Source: Alphaproteobacteria bacterium
GTDB taxonomy: Bacteria; Pseudomonadota; Alphaproteobacteria; Rickettsiales; UBA3002
DNA length: 64,000 bases
Assembly (NCBI GenBank): GCA_037200745.1
Contig: JBBCHK010000009.1
Location: 56,304 to 120,303 of the forward strand
Direction: 5' to 3'
Part shown: piece by piece, positions 61,465 through 64,000 of the stretch
Position numbering within the stretch: position 1 is the first letter of the stretch
How the letters are laid out: each line of letters starts with the position of its first letter
Position numbers and translations under genes: made by a program
The notes under the pieces: model-generated
Databases searched by the model: none
What the model saw: the letters and a program-made list of their open reading frames with translations, nothing else
Told to the model about the DNA's origin: nothing

Positions 61465-62010
61465 ATGGCCAACGACCCGACATACACGCGGACCGTTTCC
61501 GGTCCCTCCGGCGAGAACACGCACGTGTTCGCCGAACTGCTCGCCACGCCCGGCCGCGACCGGGTGACCAGCCTCAAGGCCAGCGGCCCGATGGCCCAGC
61601 TGGTCAACCTGCCCGAAGGCGTACCCGACGCGCACGAGCTGGCGCATCTCGACCTCGTCAGCAGCTGGGCGCGCAGCGAAGTTTCGAGCGCCCTGAGCTG
61701 GCTGGGCCCGAACGGCGCGGACCTGCTGGCCAAATACGGCGCCGACCACCCCGGCATCGCCCCCATCGCGCAGAAGGCGAGGGACTTCACGACGCTGGCG
61801 GACACCGCCGACCAGCGCCGCGCCGACCTCGAATACTCCCTCAGCAACCTGGCGCTTCGCAAGACTCTCACCCAGAACCAGCCGTCGCCGCGCGTCGCCG
61901 AATACCTCGCCGGCAACGCGGCGTCCCACGACCAGGGCGTTCACTTGACGGACGGCACCAGCGTCGCGCCGCTCGGGCCGAAGGGCAATGGCGGCGTCCG
62001 CCAGGTCTAG
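61465..62010 (+). CDS. Hypothetical protein (181 aa)
   Basis: ORF with typical codon usage and upstream RBS-like AGG. Confidence 0.65.
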   Translation: MANDPTYTRTVSGPSGENTHVFAELLATPGRDRVTSLKASGPMAQLVNLPEGVPDAHELAHLDLVSSWARSEVSSALSWLGPNGADLLAKYGADHPGIAPIAQKARDFTTLADTADQRRADLEYSLSNLALRKTLTQNQPSPRVAEYLAGNAASHDQGVHLTDGTSVAPLGPKGNGGVRQV

Positions 62011-62687
62011 AACAGGCGCTTCAGTGAATCCATGATGCCCGGGTGGTAGCCGCCGAGCCCGCAGACCGGCGTCGCCGTCGGCTTGAGCTTGCACCAGCTT
62101 CCGGCGCCGTCCTCGCAGGCGAAGCCGGTCAGGCGCTGCTCCACCGTATGCACCTTGAGCACCTCGCTGAAGGTGCGGCAGCGGTTGCCCATCTTGTTGT
62201 TGAAGGTCTCCACCGGCATCAGCGTGCCCTGGATGTTGCCCTGCGCCCAGTTGTAGGGCTCGTTGTCGGTCATGGTGTTCATCGCGTCGTAGAAGACGCG
62301 GCTGTAGTAGGATTTTTCGATGGGCGTCATCGCCGCGTAGAGGTCGTGCGAGAATTCGCTGTCGCCGTTCTCGAGCTTCACCACGGGGTCGATGCGCACG
62401 CCGGGGCGCGTCGACCGCAGCTCGGGCGAGACGTCGACGCCCGGCGGTGCGGGCGGCGCCTCGGCCCCGGGCGATGCCGTTTGCGGCGCGGCGGGCAGCG
62501 TGTTGTCGAACGCGGGCGCGCTGGGCTGCGAATGGTGGTTGGCCATCGCATGCCAGAGCAAGAACCCGCCGATGATGAGGATGACCCAGATCATGTGGTG
62601 CTGCAGGATGCGGAAGGGGAGCAGGAACAGCCGGATCGCGATGCGCACCGGCATGAATATCGTGTGGAACAGGAACCGAAGCACCAT
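62007..62687 (-). CDS. Membrane-anchored protein with 17-kDa surface-antigen-like (RT0821/Lpp0805) domain
   Basis: N-terminal TM, Pro-rich linker, W...G..P...CRTF.E.....G.AC...G.W. Confidence 0.7.
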   Translation of the reverse strand: MVLRFLFHTIFMPVRIAIRLFLLPFRILQHHMIWVILIIGGFLLWHAMANHHSQPSAPAFDNTLPAAPQTASPGAEAPPAPPGVDVSPELRSTRPGVRIDPVVKLENGDSEFSHDLYAAMTPIEKSYYSRVFYDAMNTMTDNEPYNWAQGNIQGTLMPVETFNNKMGNRCRTFSEVLKVHTVEQRLTGFACEDGAGSWCKLKPTATPVCGLGGYHPGIMDSLKRLF

Positions 62688-62719
62688 TCCGCAAGGCTAG
62701 CAAATCGCCGCGCCAGCCG

Positions 62720-63828
62720 CTACAGGCGAATGAATCCCGTGCGCCGCATCGCGCCCGAAAGCACCGGCGCGGCGATGGCGCGTGCCTTTTCTGCACCTTC
62801 CTTGAGGATGGCGTCGAGCGCTGCCGGATCGCCCGTCAGCTCCCGCATGCGCGCGGTGATGGGGGAAAGCTTCGCCACCGCGAGATCGGCGAGCTCGTTC
62901 TTCAGCGCGCCGAAATTCTTGCCCGAGAAACGCGATGCGGCCTCGCTGACCTTGATGTCGGAAAGCGCGGCATAGATCGTCAGCAGGTTCGCCGCCTCGG
63001 GGCGCGCCTGCGGGTCGTAAGTGATCTCCGGCAGCGAATCCGATTTCGCCTTGCGGAATTTTTTGGCGATGGCATCGGCATCGTCGGTGAGGTTGATGCG
63101 CGAATAATCCGACTCCTCGGACTTGCTCATCTTGCGTTTGCCGTCATTGAGGCTCATCACCCGCGTCGCCTCGCCGAGGATCAGCGGCTCCGGCAGCGGG
63201 AAGAATTCATCGCCCGAAGCGCGATTGAACGCCCCCGCGATGTCGCGCGCCAGCTCGAGATGCTGCTTCTGGTCCTCGCCCACCGGCACATGCGTCGCAT
63301 GGTAGATGAGGATGTCGGACGCCATCAGCACGGGATATCCGTAAAGGCCGAGATTTGCTTTATCTTTAGCCTTTTCTAGTGAGTCCATTTGTTTGAGGGC
63401 TTTATCTAACCCGGATTCTGGAGAGAGCACTTTATCCAATGAAGACTTACCAAGACCCAGCACTTCCAAAGCTTCATCAGAGAGTTTCATTTTCTCCTTG
63501 AACTGCGTCATGCGGTTGAGCCAGCCGAGCGGCGTGTAGCAGGACAATATCCACGCCAGCTCCGCATGCGCGCTGACGGCGGATTGCGGGAAGATGATGC
63601 TCTTTTTCGGGTCGATGCCGCAGGCGATGAGCGCCGCGGCGATCTCGCGCGTGTTCTTCGTCAGCTCCTTCGGGTCCTGCGGCACGGTGATGGCGTGCAG
63701 GTCGGCGAGCATGTAGAGGCACTCATGCGAATCCTGCAGCGCCACCCAGTTGCGGATCGCGCCCAGGTAATTGCCGAGATGCAGGTTCCCGTGGGTTGGA
63801 TGCCCGATAATATGCGCGGCCTGGCCAT
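62720..63828 (-). CDS. trpS: Tryptophanyl-tRNA synthetase (frameshift near start; internal insertion)
   Basis: [51 protein letters not shown]. Confidence 0.96.
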
Positions 63829-64000
63829 TGAATGACAGGCTATGTCACGTCTTCCAGCCATTGTAAAGCCAAGGGAATAGAGGGGGCAAAGGCCCAATCA
63901 TCACAAAAGCTTCATACACATTCCCATGCGTCCTAGTAGCATAAGGGTGGGATAACCTATGAGCACCGGAAACGGCATCACCGAAGCGCGCATCGCGGAA

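Noticed and set aside
63959..64000. Start of an ORF (MSTGNGITEARIAE) at the window edge
   Set aside because: Too short to assign

Overview
GC-rich alphaproteobacterial chromosome segment. Housekeeping genes include fumC, purB, hisI, amtB, iscX-tsaE-amgK-murU, groES/EL, trpS, tRNA-Met and tRNA-Ser. An isolated virB8-virB9 pair in a biosynthetically competent genome suggests a free-living relative of the Rickettsiales (inference). Many genes, including essential ones, carry single-base frameshifts that look like long-read indel errors. The main accessory feature is a ~13.3 kb phage-satellite-like element integrated in tRNA-Met(CAT) (~7377-20726). Its core is an integrase, two AlpA/Xis-like HTH genes, a primase-polymerase, an AAA helicase, a putative ori, and small and large terminases, with no recognisable portal or capsid. 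Its cargo is an HTH + ImmA/IrrE peptidase switch coupled to a Bpu10I-family R-M system, divergent from an uncharacterised MBL-hydrolase + 4TM gene pair. Other notable items are two large Cys-rich secreted proteins divergent from virB8/9, tandem signal-less DD-peptidase-like paralogues, orphan proteins with a shared C-terminal tail, a RelA/SpoT-like NTase with a small coupled ORF, a sigma54-driven small ORF, an AT-rich in-frame insertion in trpS, and several palindromic repeat families, one inserted in-frame in tsaE.
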